64,000 nt of DNA, taken from Phyllosticta citribraziliensis (lineage: Eukaryota). Shown one piece after another: positions 36,201 to 49,600 of this stretch; the first letter of the stretch is position 1, and every line of letters starts with the position of its first letter. The notes under the pieces were generated by a model, which saw only the letters and a list, made by a program, of their open reading frames with translations, ran no database searches and had not been told where the DNA came from. Made by a program: the position numbers and the translations under genes. The stretch spans positions 1,240,001 to 1,304,000 of the forward strand of contig NW_027117346.1 of assembly GCF_038025025.1 (NCBI RefSeq), read 5' to 3'.

Positions 36201-38595
36201 TGACATACGACGTTCGTCTACATGATGCAGCCGGATACGGAATTGTCGGTTTGATGGACAGGTTCATCGACCAAGGCGATAGCATGTCAAAAATGATTGA
36301 CGGCTACGGAACACCTCTCCATGCAGCTTGTCGACAGATTGAAGGAGAGCAACGTCTGAATATAAATCAGTACAAGGAAATTTTCGACAGGTCCAACTTC
36401 GCAATCAACATTCAAGAAGTTCGAGGGGAGACACCCGTTTTTCTTCTTGTCAAGCGAAGAGCTCCACTGGAGATCATTGAACTTATTGTCGAGAAGTATG
36501 GCGCAAGACTCGATATTCCACTACGGTGGAGGAGGGATTTTCCAATACACTGGGCTATCGTTCACCCAGATGCTGGGGTGTGTCGATACCTATTGGGACA
36601 ACCGGATTGCAGTCCAAATGTTGTAGACCAAGAGGGGGAGACGCCCCTTCATTGGCTTCTCCATCTGCACAACGCGTCGCCTCAGATTGCGAAGATTCTC
36701 ATCGATCACGGAGCAAATGTTTGCGCAAAGGACAACCAAAACCAACAACCCTTGTACGAGGCTGCTCGAACTGATAACTTCGTCATTGGGGAAATGCTCC
36801 TTCAACACAACGCATGCGTAGACGATATCGAGAACACCAGGAATTGGACTGCCCTACACCAAGCGGTGTCCAAAGGACACGTCGATTTCGTCAACATGTT
36901 GCTCCGACATAGTCCAGGCCCAGACATCACACTGGAAGACAAAAGATCAAGGACAGCGCTGCACTTGGCGGCCAAATACGGCCACCAAGAAATCCTGAAA
37001 GCAATGCTGAAGTACTTAGCGGGCAGCCTGCAAGGGAACGCTGAGGAAGGTCCAGCAAACAGTGATCGCGAAACGCAAGCGCATCCTTATGATGAGATTT
37101 TGCGGACTGAAATGGACAGTGGCGATAAGATCAAAGCGCTTTTGGAGAAGCCAGATTATCGCGGCAACACTCCCCTCCATAAAGCAGCTGCGTATGGTCA
37201 TGTTGACTGTATGAAGCTCATCATCGGAATCGGAAACGCGAAAGAGTTGTGCTCAATGAAAAATGACGTCGGCGCTACTCCACTCCACTTGCCCATCAAA
37301 GTGCTTCTACACTCAAAGCACGATCTTAGAAAAGACGTCGACAAGGCCCAGTCCAGTCACAACGGGAAAATAGACGGGGAACATATCAGGAGTTGCATGC
37401 AGCTCCTCCTTAAAAACGGGGCTGATCCAAATGCACAGGATAAGAGCGGTAAGACCCCGCTTCGCCTTGCCGTGGATGCAAAAGACAGTCGGTCTGTTCA
37501 GCTTCTTGTACTCGCAGGTGCGGATCCGATGCAACCGGTCTGCTCCAGTGATGAGACCACAGTTCTTCAAAAGATAGTCGAGCCTTGGAGAGACCAAGAT
37601 ATGACGTCAAACGACAACGAAGAACTCGTCAAAGCCCTCTTGAGGAGTAGCAAAAAGCTTCCACAGGAGGTCTGCGTCAACATCTTGAACATTGCTCTGG
37701 AGAGGCGCGCGGTCGAGGTACTGAAGAGCTTCACAGCTCGCTTTGATGACAAGGATCAACATGGATGGTCAATACTCGCTTTAGCAGTCCAGTTCCGGGA
37801 AGGGTCGCTCATTGACCGCATCCTCCTTCCTCGGCCTGAAAGCTACTTTCCAAAATGGAGTAGTACTGACAGACACGAAGATGTCATCGTCTCTGAAGAT
37901 GGAATGGAAGTTTCTTGCCCTCGATTGAGAGAGGAGCCTCAAGGCGAAGGATGTCGAGCTGTGCGAGCCGACTTTCCAATTCCTCCGGGGGTGGATCGCT
38001 ATTACTACGAGATTGAAATCGTAGAGTGTGGATCGATTGGGACGACTGAAAGGTATGAGGAGTCTCGATAGCGGCGCGGAACTCCGCAAAGCGAAGGCCT
38101 TGGTGCCTTTGAGTGTCTTTTAGCTAACATGAAGTTGCAGCGCTATCGGTGTTGGATTCGCCTCGCAATTCTTGCGCCTCGACACCATGCCCGGCTGGAG
38201 TTCTCCATACCAGTCATGGGGATACCATGGCGATGATGGCCACAAATACGACAATATGTCCATAATCGAGGATGGTCATCCATACGGACAAGGAGACACC
38301 GTCGGGGCAGGTGTGGACTTTGCGAACCGGGAAATCTTCTTCACCAAGAATGGCAAGAGACTGGGTAAGTTATCTGCATCCCGGCGCCTGGATCTGTGTA
38401 TTCTGTGAAGCTAACAACTCGGGACTTTGTGCAGGGACCTCGTTCTCTGGAGAAAATGTAAAGGGGAAGCTGTTTCCGATGGTTGGCTTCCACGCGTGCG
38501 GGGTCAAGATTCGTACCAATTTCGGGACGCGGGAGTTCAAGCATCCAGTCGACTGGTGCAAAGTACAGCCGGCAGGTGAGGCGCCGGCTGCGTAA
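33252..38595 (+). CDS. NLR-like STAND protein: N-terminal helical domain + NACHT + ankyrin repeats + C-terminal SPRY; introns 35023-35066, 38053-38140, 38365-38434
   Basis: GTCDWIF, Walker A WLFGEAGVGKS, Walker B FIIVDAFDEC, ISSRPE. About 10 ankyrin motifs (GTPLHAA, GETPLHW, WTALHQA, RTALHLA, GNTPLHKA, GKTPLRLA). SPRY motifs VRADFPIP..YYYEIEI..MPGW..SWGYHGDDG..GDTVGAGVD..IFFTKNG..LFPMVG. All three introns keep the frame. Confidence 0.9.
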
Positions 38596-41500
38596 AACGT
38601 TGACTGTATTTTCGGAAGAACTATCAATGGGCAGATTGTGAACAGGAGTCGAAAATGGGAGAGGGCAGCCGTGATTCAATGCGATGGCCGCCCTGAACTG
38701 GGAAGGTAGAATAGAAACGTGAGCGAAGTTTGTTTCCTAGTTGATTGCCCATTCGCAGGACGATTGCAGTAACAGCTATTCAGCAAAATAATGGACTGGA
38801 GTTTGGTCGTTCAGCTGTGTGTCTTTGTCGAAATTGATTACACATTTTTTGCATCCAGCCATGAACTTGAATTCTTCTATGCGCCGCCGGACATGCCCTC
38901 TGACTTTCAAGTTCTGATACCCGCATCTACACTCATTCTGCTTTCATTCTACCCCTCCAATGCAGTCTCAGCTTCTCAGTTGGAAGCTTCTCCAGGCTCT
39001 GGAGGCATGACGACAATTGTAAATCAAAATATAATGCAAGATTTTGGTCTATTGCTCCACGTACGACCATAGCAGGTAGAAAACTCGGAACCCCGTCCGC
39101 TCTTCCATAGATAAGCTACCTTACGGCCGATTAGTAGTTGCGTGGGTGACCAGCAGCGAATCCCGGCTGTTGTACGTTTTGCATTTTGTTTTGGTGGGTC
39201 AGTGTTGATTGAGGCTGTGGGGGCGAAAGGGGGTTCTTCGGCTCAGGGGTAAGCGAGGACCGAGGATAGCCGACGACGAGTCGAAGAAAAGTCGTGGCCC
39301 ATGCAACGACAAACAAGCGAGCAGATAGGGAGCATTCGCACGCTTCGACGGGCGAGTGAAGGTGAGATAGTACAGCTCAATTTAATGGAATTCTCTTATT
39401 TTGTGTGCCATGGCGATCCAACCTCGGGCGGAGGGACTGCTCTTTTGCAGTCAGATTGCTGAGTTGTCGGCTTGTCCTCTTCTCTACTGCTCCAGTCCAG
39501 AAGTGTTGGGTTTTCTGACCATGTTTCGCTGTTGAGGCGACCTGGACGACAACGTAAAGCGACTGGTCTAGTAACCAGGGAAAGCGAGGAAGCTTCTAGT
39601 ACACCCTCCCTATGCGTCAAAATGTCAAGGGAAGGATGCGGATTCACTGCCACTGACGTTACAGCCTCAACACTTCCAACTCACGGAGGACTACTCCGAC
39701 GGCAACACGGGACTCCGAAAGACCAGAAAGAAGTACGACAGGACAAGAAGCAATGATTCCGTCGCCCTCAGGGCAACGGACAAGGCGAAAAAACAAGCAG
39801 GCAAAAGGAATCCGGTTTCACTTACCTCTGTGCCTTGGCTCGACGTGATGACGATGACGATGATATTTTTGGGCGAATCGATTCCTGCCTGTCGGCTAGG
39901 TGCTGACGCTACCGATGCATGGAGCATTTGAATTTGTGCGCCAGCTTCCGACTGACAGTTTGCGAAACGTTGATGTCGAGGATGAAAGCTTGTTGACGAG
40001 GTGATGATGTGGCTTGCCGGTCAGCACTTTGTTCTTGGGGTGCATGGTGGCGTCATTAGATGATGCCCTTTGCTGCAGGCCTTGATTTGGCATCTTCCTC
40101 TTTTGAGATGGAACAAGGAACCAAGGAAACAAGGTAGAGCGGGTGTGGCGCAAAACGAGGCGGAGAGGCGGCGGTGTTGCACGCGGCGGCTGCGAAGCAT
40201 GCGAGGGCTCCGTTTACGCGTCGCGTCGCCACGGCAGGGACTTGTTCAACCGTTCCAACGAGCAGCTGTTCCTACCGCATACCATGCACTCGCCACTGCC
40301 GAGATGCATACAGTATCGACCATGGAAGGGATCGCGCACGCGTGTGGTACCGCAGACGGGACAGCACCGCCCGTGTGCCGAGATCAAACACGCGTCCGCA
40401 GGCGGCAGCGTTTCGTTTGGCTTGCGCGGCTCCGATTGCAGGAGAAACAAGAAACGCAGGTGAACTCGTCGCCTCGCAATTTCCATCGGCATGAATCCTC
40501 GGCCACGTGTCCCTGTTGAGAAGGTGTCCGAGGCGAGGGAGTAAACAAACGGGTGGTTGCGTTGGCGGATATGGCTTCGGAAGGAAAGGGGCGTTGCATG
40601 TGCGGGGTCGCGTGCTGCGAATAGCACTGCGGCAAGGGACAAGATTGTGAATGAGTGATGAGGTTAGCCTGTCCGTGATTGAAGACAGAAGTGGTGGGAC
40701 ATGTGATAGCACCAACAAGTTTGATGAGGAAGAGACAGAGCTAAACAAAAGATGATTTTTGGAAAAAGTGAGGGGCAATTGCTGGGTGTTGCTTTCGATC
40801 TGAGCGTCCCGGATCGTTGAACATTTCCCGGCCGAACGCCTGCAGGGTGCGAAAGGGTTGAGGTCGAGCATGATGCCGATGTTTCTGTTTCGAGAATTGC
40901 AATTGCTCGAGCGGTGTGCTTGGGGAGTTAATGCGCAGCGTGCGAAGCGGAGGCCAAACCAAACAAGGTCGGAACGGGCAATGTCTAGGGGAATTCTGCC
41001 ATGCCCGCGAGGAACTATCCAAGATGTGTTCCTGACCGGTGCGACAGCTCATCAAAAAAATTGAGGCGTGGAGGCGATTCGCGTCGGCGCTTGGAGGACA
41101 GTTGGCTGTGGCAGTGATTGTTGACCGGTACTCCATTCCCTGCCACGTCTCGACGCTAGCTGCAGGGGCAGAGGGCAGAAGAAACCGACCCGGCAGAGTG
41201 GAAAAAGAAAAAACGGCCACTGTGCTTTTCTGCAAGTCATGATGTCGTGTCTTGCTCCACTCCCGCCGGTCGGCTCCACGACAACCCATACACCGCCTCA
41301 TCGATTGCTGCCCGTCTCTGAATCCGTGAATCTGTGAGGCTGGGAATGTGGTCTGTCCTTTGTGCCTTGCAGGCATGGAAAGTGTGTGTCTTGGTTGCTC
41401 GAGGCTTGTAGAGTCGTGCTGGTTCATACATATCTGGTCGCGTTTTGTGGCTTCCATGGTAAAGTAAACAGAGAACGCACAGACCAGCTTCTCAAAAACT

Positions 41501-41720
41501 ACGGAAGGAACTGTCAGTCTCGCACAACACCATCAATAAGGTTTGTCTTTCATGTTAGAGCACCAATTTTGAGATCGTTCTCTGTTCTTTTAAAATATTA
41601 CCCCCATATACTCTCGAGTTCCCGCATTCTTTCTGGAAGATCCAGGGGAAGGCTGTTCCGCCCAAAGCTCCAAAAACATGACATTGATATATTTTAAACA
41701 TTGTACCTTTCTCAACAACA

Positions 41721-41809
41721 TCTTCGATGGTCTAGTGGTGATGATTTCCGCTTGTCATTACAGCGTAGTGCAAGCGCGGGAGACCGGGGTTCGATTCCCC
41801 GTCGGAGAG
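41721..41809 (+). tRNA. tRNA-Asp(GTC) with 17-nt intron (41758-41774)
   Basis: Acceptor stem TCTTCGA/TCGGAGA plus discriminator G, D-arm TGGTCTAGTGG, anticodon arm TCCGC-TTGTCA^C-GCGGG, T-arm CGGGG-TTCGATT-CCCCG. Confidence 0.95.
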
Positions 41810-42450
41810 ACCGTCCCAACTCGTTAGATTTGGCTGTTGTTTTGCTTTTTGTTGTTGGAGTGGATAACCTGCATTTTGACAATTACCAGGAGTACCTTCT
41901 GCAGGAAGTGGATTCTGCAATGGAAGGTGGTCTGTTGGAGTGACCGTCCTAGCTAGTCCCTTCGACTGGGTTTTCTTTTTGTCGCTTCACTTTGTCGGAG
42001 TGAAGTGGACTTCCTGCCCCCTGACGTCATATCTCTTTGGTAGGAGCATCCCGGTCTCTGTAAGGGCAGGAGCCAGGATATGCGAAGGGGAACCGCGTCG
42101 TGCTTCGAGTAGTGTTCGCATTTTCACCCCCTGACTACTCCAAGAAGAACTACCAATTCAAAGTCCATTTGTCATTCGTCTTAGTGGACGATTTCTGAAG
42201 CGTCTTCTCGCTAATTGCCCAACCACGGCTGAACAGCTGTCTGCCAGGGTTTATTCCATGCCGGTTAAAGTTAGTTGCAGGTGCAACAATCATGATTGAG
42301 AATCGACTCCCCCGAAACTTCTACACTGGAAGTCACGCCATGGACGTTGGACTGTCCCTTCCCGACCTTCTCTGTTCTAGCGCCGTGTGGTTTCCTCTGC
42401 CGCCAGGAGTCAATCTGGCATGACATCTTCACGGCGTCGAAGTCCTCGCC

Positions 42451-44573
42451 ATGACACAACATTGCGGCCCAATCGCTGAAAATGCAGCATTACTGTCACT
42501 GTTTCCTCCATTGGGGATCTTAGAGCCAAAGGTCACATATCCGATCCCGTCACAACGCCGAGACTCTGCGCATCCGTCCAAATACGTCCTCTCATTGAAG
42601 GATGAAACACGATGTGCCCAGGCATTCGCCATCTTGTTGGCGGATTCAATCGATCCGGATAGAATCGGAGCAGTATGCATCGAAGAGGAGCCCGTGGGAG
42701 AGGGCCTCACGGTTAGGATCGCTTCCAATTCGGGATCCCAGTTGAAACGAGTCGATCGCTTGCAAAGAGTTGCGGACAAGTTGAAGCATGTCTCAATGAC
42801 AGGTAAGTCATTTCAAATCCACATGTCCATATGTTGATTGGACTGCCAGAGGACATAAGCACTCAGATCTACAAGATGACGGGCGAGATGATTGCTATGT
42901 TGCAAAACCGACTACTTAGCCGCCTAGGATCAAAACACGCGGAAGGCTGCAAAAGATTTCGCAAAAAGCCAATCCTGCCGAAGCTAGAGTCTTCTATGCC
43001 GCATCTAGACAAAGCAGGTTGCCAATCAAGAGAATACAAGATTTTCTGCAAATTTGCCCGATCTTTGGTCGATAAGTTCAACGGATTAGAACATCTTTCT
43101 CATGAACATGCACATTCGGCTAGAGGGGGGGAATTCATACACGAGATTCTCCTCACAATCGAAGAGATGCTAAGATCTGTTAACATCTCGTCCATCCTGA
43201 AACCGATTCCAAGGAATGTGGATTCCTGGAGTGGCGATTCCCGCGAAATGCTTGTCGGGAGTCTTGAAAAGCTCGTCCAGCACCTGGCCGCAACTCGAGA
43301 TCTGGTTCGTATGGCACAAAAATACGCTGTAGTCCGGAACATCAAAGTAGAGCAATTGCCCAACTCGTCCTTCCCAACAAGCACACGAAGTGCTGAGCCA
43401 ACTTCCGTCGACAAAGGATTTCTTCGGCGCTGCATGCCAGACGAGGACAAGACACGACGTGTCAAGAGTCTGCGCAGGCTCGAATTACGTTGGAAAAAAC
43501 CTGCGATGGTGATCAAAAGGGAGGCCGAGGACCGCGCAAGAGAATCCAAAAAAGTCCACGCAGAGATCCAATTGCTGCTCTACTACGAACAGCGTCCCGA
43601 AATCGAGAATCCGCCGCGGGTCGTGTGCTCCAGCAAATACGCGTGTTTCCTGTGCGACTTGTTCATCAAGACCCACAAGGGCCTTCACACTCCTGGATCC
43701 CACGGGCGATGCTACCCGAACTGGAGGCTCCCGATGCCTGAGGAACTGAACCTGCCTGAAAGTTCCAAGTTGAGATACTTGCAGTGCTTGGTCGACTTCA
43801 ATCAAGAGCTCGAGCTCCAAATCCAAAAACTTCTGCGGCAGAATCCGACCAAGAAGATGGCACAGCCCGCGGAAAGTATAATATACAATCCAGGATCGAT
43901 TACACCGTCGACTTTGTCCGTGAAAGAAAAAGTCGGGCTGGGAGAACATGCAGATGTACCTGGAGAAACCGACTGGGATCTGCAAGTTTTGCGTACTACA
44001 GAGTCTTTGAGGACACCGGTGCCTTCCGAAATAGCCAGATCGTCTGGAGTCGTGGCAAGTGATCCGTTGGCACGAATTCAGAGTCAGAATGCGCTGCCGA
44101 ATACCGGGATGGCTCCAGTCCAGACACTCATCGACTCAACAGATTCAGTCGACTGTAGAAGCAGTGTGACAGTCATGGGAACATGTACTGCACACGAGAG
44201 TCCGGAGCAATTACATCAAATGCGCTACGAAAGACCATTAACTGTGGTCTTTTCTCCTGGTTCGTTGGCACGCTTCCACACAAGCCGAATCCACGTGGAG
44301 TTGAGCTATGATGACGCCATATCTCTTGCATCAAGCGTTTCGACATCTGAGCCATCTGTTGATACCCACGAGTCTGACGTAGTGGTACGAATTGAATGGG
44401 TCCACCCTACCTCCTGCAGTGTCCCAGAGACCAACTTCGACCTCGGTGTGCAGTGGAGCCGCATGCATGTTCATAGAGACACTCTATCTGGAGAAACGCG
44501 GTTCGCACTGAGCAAGGCTGATGAGATGCTGGTCATAAGTGCCAAGTCTTGTTATGAGGGGCATCAGAAGTAA
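42451..44573 (+). CDS. OTT_1508-like nucleic acid/nucleotide deaminase (about 690 aa); intron 42803-42849
   Basis: KVHAEIQLLLYYE...PRVVCSSKYACFLCDLFI...SHGRCYPNW fits the HxE..SKxxCxxC Zn-deaminase signature. N-terminal LSLKDETRCAQAFAILLA..GAVCIEE..LTVRIASNSG; canonical GTAAGT..CAG intron in frame. Confidence 0.85.
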
Positions 44574-47500
44574 TCTTTTTGGCTGAAAACGTACCCGTGT
44601 GCGGTGGACCTCCTCACCTGACGGGGACGTAGAAGAATTGCCATTGAAAGAAATCGATCGGGGTTGATGGCATCCGTGAGTTAAAAGAGCAAGGCGGCAA
44701 CAGAGCCATAACCTAAGGGAAGTCGTGGGATCTCCTTCTCAGTTCGAACAATCAGCTGGTATTGTCTGCCATTTCCCTGTCTCTGCGCTGGTTGCTTCCT
44801 TTCGTTCGTTCGCCGGGAGTCGTCGGTGAGTACTTGATGATGTAAGTGGTGAGGACCATTCTGTTTTTCCGGAGAAACTGGGCGTGGCTTGAGGTCTGGA
44901 TGTGGAATCTTTTGACAGCTTACCTACCAGAACCTGGTGAAATAGTCGTAGTCCGCACCAGGTAGAGCTTGAATGCTCCCTGTCATACCTGCTCATCCAT
45001 CGAGTGCCACGAATTTCGGCACCAAGCTTCGCACGATAATGGCTTTTGAGTGCCAGCACAATGTTAGCGATGGAATCAGCAGCAGCAGCAACGTCACCGA
45101 GCCAGCTTTTTGAGAAAAGACAGCGACTGGCTCCCACAAACGGCAAGAGGCTGTGCAGGCCAGCCCGGCGCCACAACCCCACAGCACAGGGCGGCAAATC
45201 AGCGAGTGCGAGACAGCCCCACAAGGCCCCAAATGGATGGGAGGGATCAGCGGCAGGGGTGGGGGCCTCAATGGTCAAGCACAGACAGACGCTCCTACCT
45301 GCGGTTCTCCCGTGTCCATGTAGGAAGTCCACCGCGCACGATCCGGGATAGGAGATGATTCGTCTGGAGGGGGTGGGCGAGGGAGTGTGGGCTGCCATGG
45401 GGGCCGGCGCAAAATAGCAATCCACGTCAGATGAAGGGGCTGCAGATCTCAACTTGGAATCGTCGTCGTTGTTGGCAGAGAAGCGAAAGGGAGGATTCTT
45501 GGCCTCCGCCCGCACATGACCGACGCCCAGACAGCGTGCAATTTCAAAAACGAGGAAAAAGACGATGCGGAATCGATAGTCTGAAGGGCAAGCAAAGAGT
45601 CGAGTGCCATGGACGAGAGCGCTGATCAGAGACGGTCATGGATGAATCAGAGTGAATGAGGAGCGACAAACGGAGCTTGGTCCGCTTTGTTGGTTGCTGG
45701 AGTCCATGGCGACGATTCGGGGCATAAGCAGCGACGTAGGGACCGTCGAATCAGAGCAAGGTTGGACAAAAGAGGCCGCCGCCCGTCTCCCTGGCTTCGG
45801 GAGAGCCGCAGCTCACGCGCCGGCTCGTTGCTTTGGCAGAGAAGGCGCCTGGACCGCATAGCAGCAGTAGCAGCAGCAGCAACAGCGGCGCGACCCCTGC
45901 ACTTGCGGCTCTGCAGCGTCGGGAGTTGACAGGAACAGAGGCGGAGAAGGGTTCGAGAGAGGGACAAGAGGGAACAAAGACGTCATAGGCGGCCCTCGGC
46001 CCTCGGGTCGTACCGGTGGTAGAGCAGGTCGATGAGATGGAGTTTTGGGGCAGGTTATTGGTCGGCAGCGGGTTGTCCGGCGTCCGTCTCCGTGTCGGCG
46101 TCGAACCACGGGCCGGGCGATGCTTGAAATAGCCACAAGCGTCACACGGACGAGAGCGACGGACGAGGCAGCGATCCGGTTCCGTAGGACAGGATAATGC
46201 GGGGGAGCCAGAGCACTGGGAGGGAGTGGAAGAGACAAAGCAAAGATTCAGGAACGCAGGAGTCGCTGCATGTGCGTGTCCAGCTGGCCGGGCTGTGTTA
46301 CTCAGCTGAGCCCTGAGGTGCTGCCTTGGGACACATGGCGCGAGGGCTCACCGTACGCGATATTTGATGCCGTCGCATTGCATGACTGTCGTCGTCGGAC
46401 AGGCCGAGGAGAATTCTTAATCAAGCCGACCAAGCAGAGTTTGCGCATCGAAAATTCCTGATGCGGAGGTTTTGTCATCTGGCAGCCCTACGCTCCGACC
46501 GTCTGGGGATGGAGTTAAGGCAGCAAAAACCGCCAATGGCGCACAAGGGCATAAGTAATCGCCGTGCAGGCTTTGTCGCCGACTTTGTAGCTAGCAAGAG
46601 TTAGTCATTCAGAGCAAGAGTGTGGCTGAATTGTGTGTGCAGTGCAGAGAAAAGCAAAGTACGGCGGGACGGAAGCGAAAGCGAGGCCTGAGCCTGGGCT
46701 GCCGGAAGCCAGAGCGTGTGCCTGGAGAGAAAGGTACATGTACATTGCATTAGTTACAGCCTGAGAAATTGGCACGGACGAGGCGTTGCCGAGCCAGAAG
46801 GACGAAGCTCGCGGGTCGCGGCAGCCAAAATCCGACCGCCGAGAAAACCTCCCCTCATCAGCCGCCCGGGGCTCGCAGCTTACCTGGTGGATTACTGTTC
46901 AGATGTCCGCTTGCAGCCATGAGTCAACTCGACCGGAAGAGGGCAACGCTGCGGACGAATTGCGAAAAGTCGAGCGACGATGCGATGCGACAGTCTGCAT
47001 TCTGTCTGCCTGGCCTGGTGGCTTGTAACGCGCAGCCCTGCAAATTGCGCGTTCCGCTTCCGCTCGAGAGCGGTGGGGACTCGGCGTCGAGCGAGGGCAG
47101 GCTGGAGGGCAGCAAAGAACACGCCCGCGGCCGGGGCGACCGAAGACGGACGGACGGACACACAGGCAGCGACTTGGCGCTGTCTAAGCCAAGGCAGGGC
47201 AGGGTCGGGTCGTCGACGTCGCTCTCGGACCCGATGACAATCCAGCAGCGGTGAGCAGGGGGCGCGCCCACGGCATCCACCTCGCCCTAACGCCGTCTTC
47301 CCGAGCGAGCGACCATCACCCTCACCGGCACCACCATCCTGCCTCGAAACATAAGAACAGCCCGCGCCCTCCGCCACATCTCGTCCCATCATCCACTCCA
47401 CTCCAACAGCTCTCCAACAACGACATCTCGACTCGAGCAAACACCCACTCCCACTTCGCAAACATCTCCGCTGCTTGTCCCTGCCAACAGCCCACCCCGG

Positions 47501-47638
47501 CCCACCACCACGCAGATCCACCGCCCTGCCGCCCTCTCACCGCCCGCCTCTCAGGTACGTCTCCGCCTAGTCCTCTTCGTCATCCAAGCATTTATTGACT
47601 CACTCCCCAGGCTCTCCACACATACAAAGCCGCCCACA

Positions 47639-48412
47639 ATGCCTTCCCACCTCCGCATACAATCCTCTTTTGAGCCCTTCACCGCCGAGACCACCCGCTC
47701 CATCTACCCTTCTCAAGCTCCTCCTGCAAAGAAGCAAAAGATGAGCCTCTCGCAAACCTACTACATTGCCGCCTCGGCGCGCTCAAAGCTCACCCACGAG
47801 GCCCAAAAGAGCGACCACGACCTTCGCTTGCTCGTCGGCCACGCCAACCTTCTCGACTCGCTCATGCTCGACCTTGCCGATGCCGAGCGCGAGCAAGAAG
47901 CCTGGTTCAACAAGACTGTCAACAACGCCGCCCGCTCCCAGCAAAAGCACATCCAGTGGGTCGACACCATCGACGAGGAGGCCATGGAGGACTACGACGA
48001 CGACGACGCCTCCGACAGTGACTCCGACTCAGAGTACGACGAGGACGCCGAGGCCTTTGACATGATCCCTCCCCTCCGCGGAATTGCTCAGGCTCCCGTT
48101 GTCGTCACCACCACTGAAGTCGACGACGACGACGACGAGGATGACGAGTACGTCGACGACGAGTTTGACGAGGCACACGCTCTCACCCGCACGCCCTCGC
48201 AACAACATCCTCCCGAGCTGGTCCACGAAGAGGACAGCGACTCTGACGAGGAGCCTCCCACCACGCCGCCTCAGCCTGCCGCTCTCGAATACAGCGAAAA
48301 GGAGAGGCAAGCCATCACAACAACGGCCTTTTACGACCGCAAAGACGCCGCCCACATGAGCGACGACTACATCATACCGCAACAAAACGCACCAATGATT
48401 GCAACATGTTAA
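47639..48412 (+). CDS. ECM13-like protein, preceded by a 5'UTR intron (about 47556-47610)
   Basis: SLSQTYYIAASARSKLTHEAQKSDHDLRLLVGHANLLDSL family motif plus acidic tracts, strong codon bias, and GTACGT..TTGAC..CAG upstream of the ATG. Confidence 0.8.
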   Translation: MPSHLRIQSSFEPFTAETTRSIYPSQAPPAKKQKMSLSQTYYIAASARSKLTHEAQKSDHDLRLLVGHANLLDSLMLDLADAEREQEAWFNKTVNNAARSQQKHIQWVDTIDEEAMEDYDDDDASDSDSDSEYDEDAEAFDMIPPLRGIAQAPVVVTTTEVDDDDDEDDEYVDDEFDEAHALTRTPSQQHPPELVHEEDSDSDEEPPTTPPQPAALEYSEKERQAITTTAFYDRKDAAHMSDDYIIPQQNAPMIATC

Positions 48413-49600
48413 CTGCCTGTCCATCACAACATCTTTTGATTAATCCGACTGGGCTTTTTTCAGCAATCATTAGCGCGGCGTTCATGGGCACTCTTGTTTG
48501 ATACCTATTTCCTTTTGTCACGAACAAGAAGCATCGGCGGGTCTGGATGGGATGGATCAAGGATTCGAAACAAAGGATTTTGATGCGCGATGGGAAATTC
48601 CGCGCCGGCGTTTACTGGTCTTGTTGTCCATTGTCTGCAGCGGTTCTCCCTCTGCCCTTTGTTATGCACGCAGACGGTCGAGACCCCAGACGGCTTTGAT
48701 TTTTCTCTTTACCCCACCACACTCTACAACTATTGCAAGCTACAATCCAACCAATCCAATTCAAAACCGACCTATCCGCCACGCTCTGTGCTTGCTTGCT
48801 GCATTCCTTGATGACTGTGACTGTGACTGACTGACTGCTTGCATGCATGCACTTTAGATTGATCAAAGCGACTCATCTCATTCTTGTCCTCATCCGCCCA
48901 ACACAAGACTACTAACAGGTACTGTTGGCACAATGCCCACAACCGACGCGCTTCGCTTCCCTTCCCTTCCCTTTCCGCGCGCAAGTCATCCCGCTCTCAC
49001 CCACGCCCACCCCACCCGCACCGTAAACAAAAAACCCGACATGTGACCACCCAACCGACCGCTTGCCCCTCTTCGCCTCGCCTCGCCTCGCCTCCGTTCC
49101 CGCCCGCTCTCCGTTCGTCCTACCTACCGTACCTACCCACGCACGCGCTCACCTAACCGCCCCCCACACGGGTTGGGCTGCTGAGCAATGGTGAGCGAGT
49201 GGGCGAGGCACGCGCGACAGGACAGATGGGTGGTAGGCAGGGCGTCATGTCATCGGCATCGCATCCCGCCTCATCCGCCGGAGAGAGAGAAAGAGAGAAG
49301 AATAGAGAGCGTTCCGGTGTCGGATGTTGCTGCTGCTTGCTGCCGCGCTGCCCCTCCATCTACCTCACCCCATGTCGCTTCGTCGACAGGGTACCTATGT
49401 ACAGAGGCGGGCAAGGCAAGCGAGAAATGAATGAATGGTGGAAGACGAGCGAAGCCGACAGTCTCATTTCAATACAGATGGATGGCTGGATCAGTGGATG
49501 CGTGGGAGTGTCCTTAGGGCAAAGTGGGCGCGGAGAGCGTGCCGACCGCCGTCTATCTTCTTCCACGCTCCTCTGGCGTTTCGCGTTGGTTGTGTGTTCG

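Noticed and set aside
40650..40805. GTGATGA...CTGA as an intergenic C/D snoRNA
   Set aside because: Spacing is long, and I found no terminal stem or rRNA complementarity.
44739..47598. Several 100-260 aa ORFs upstream of the ECM13-like gene
   Set aside because: Overlapping on both strands, R/S/P/A-rich, with no domain signature; consistent with GC-rich promoter DNA.
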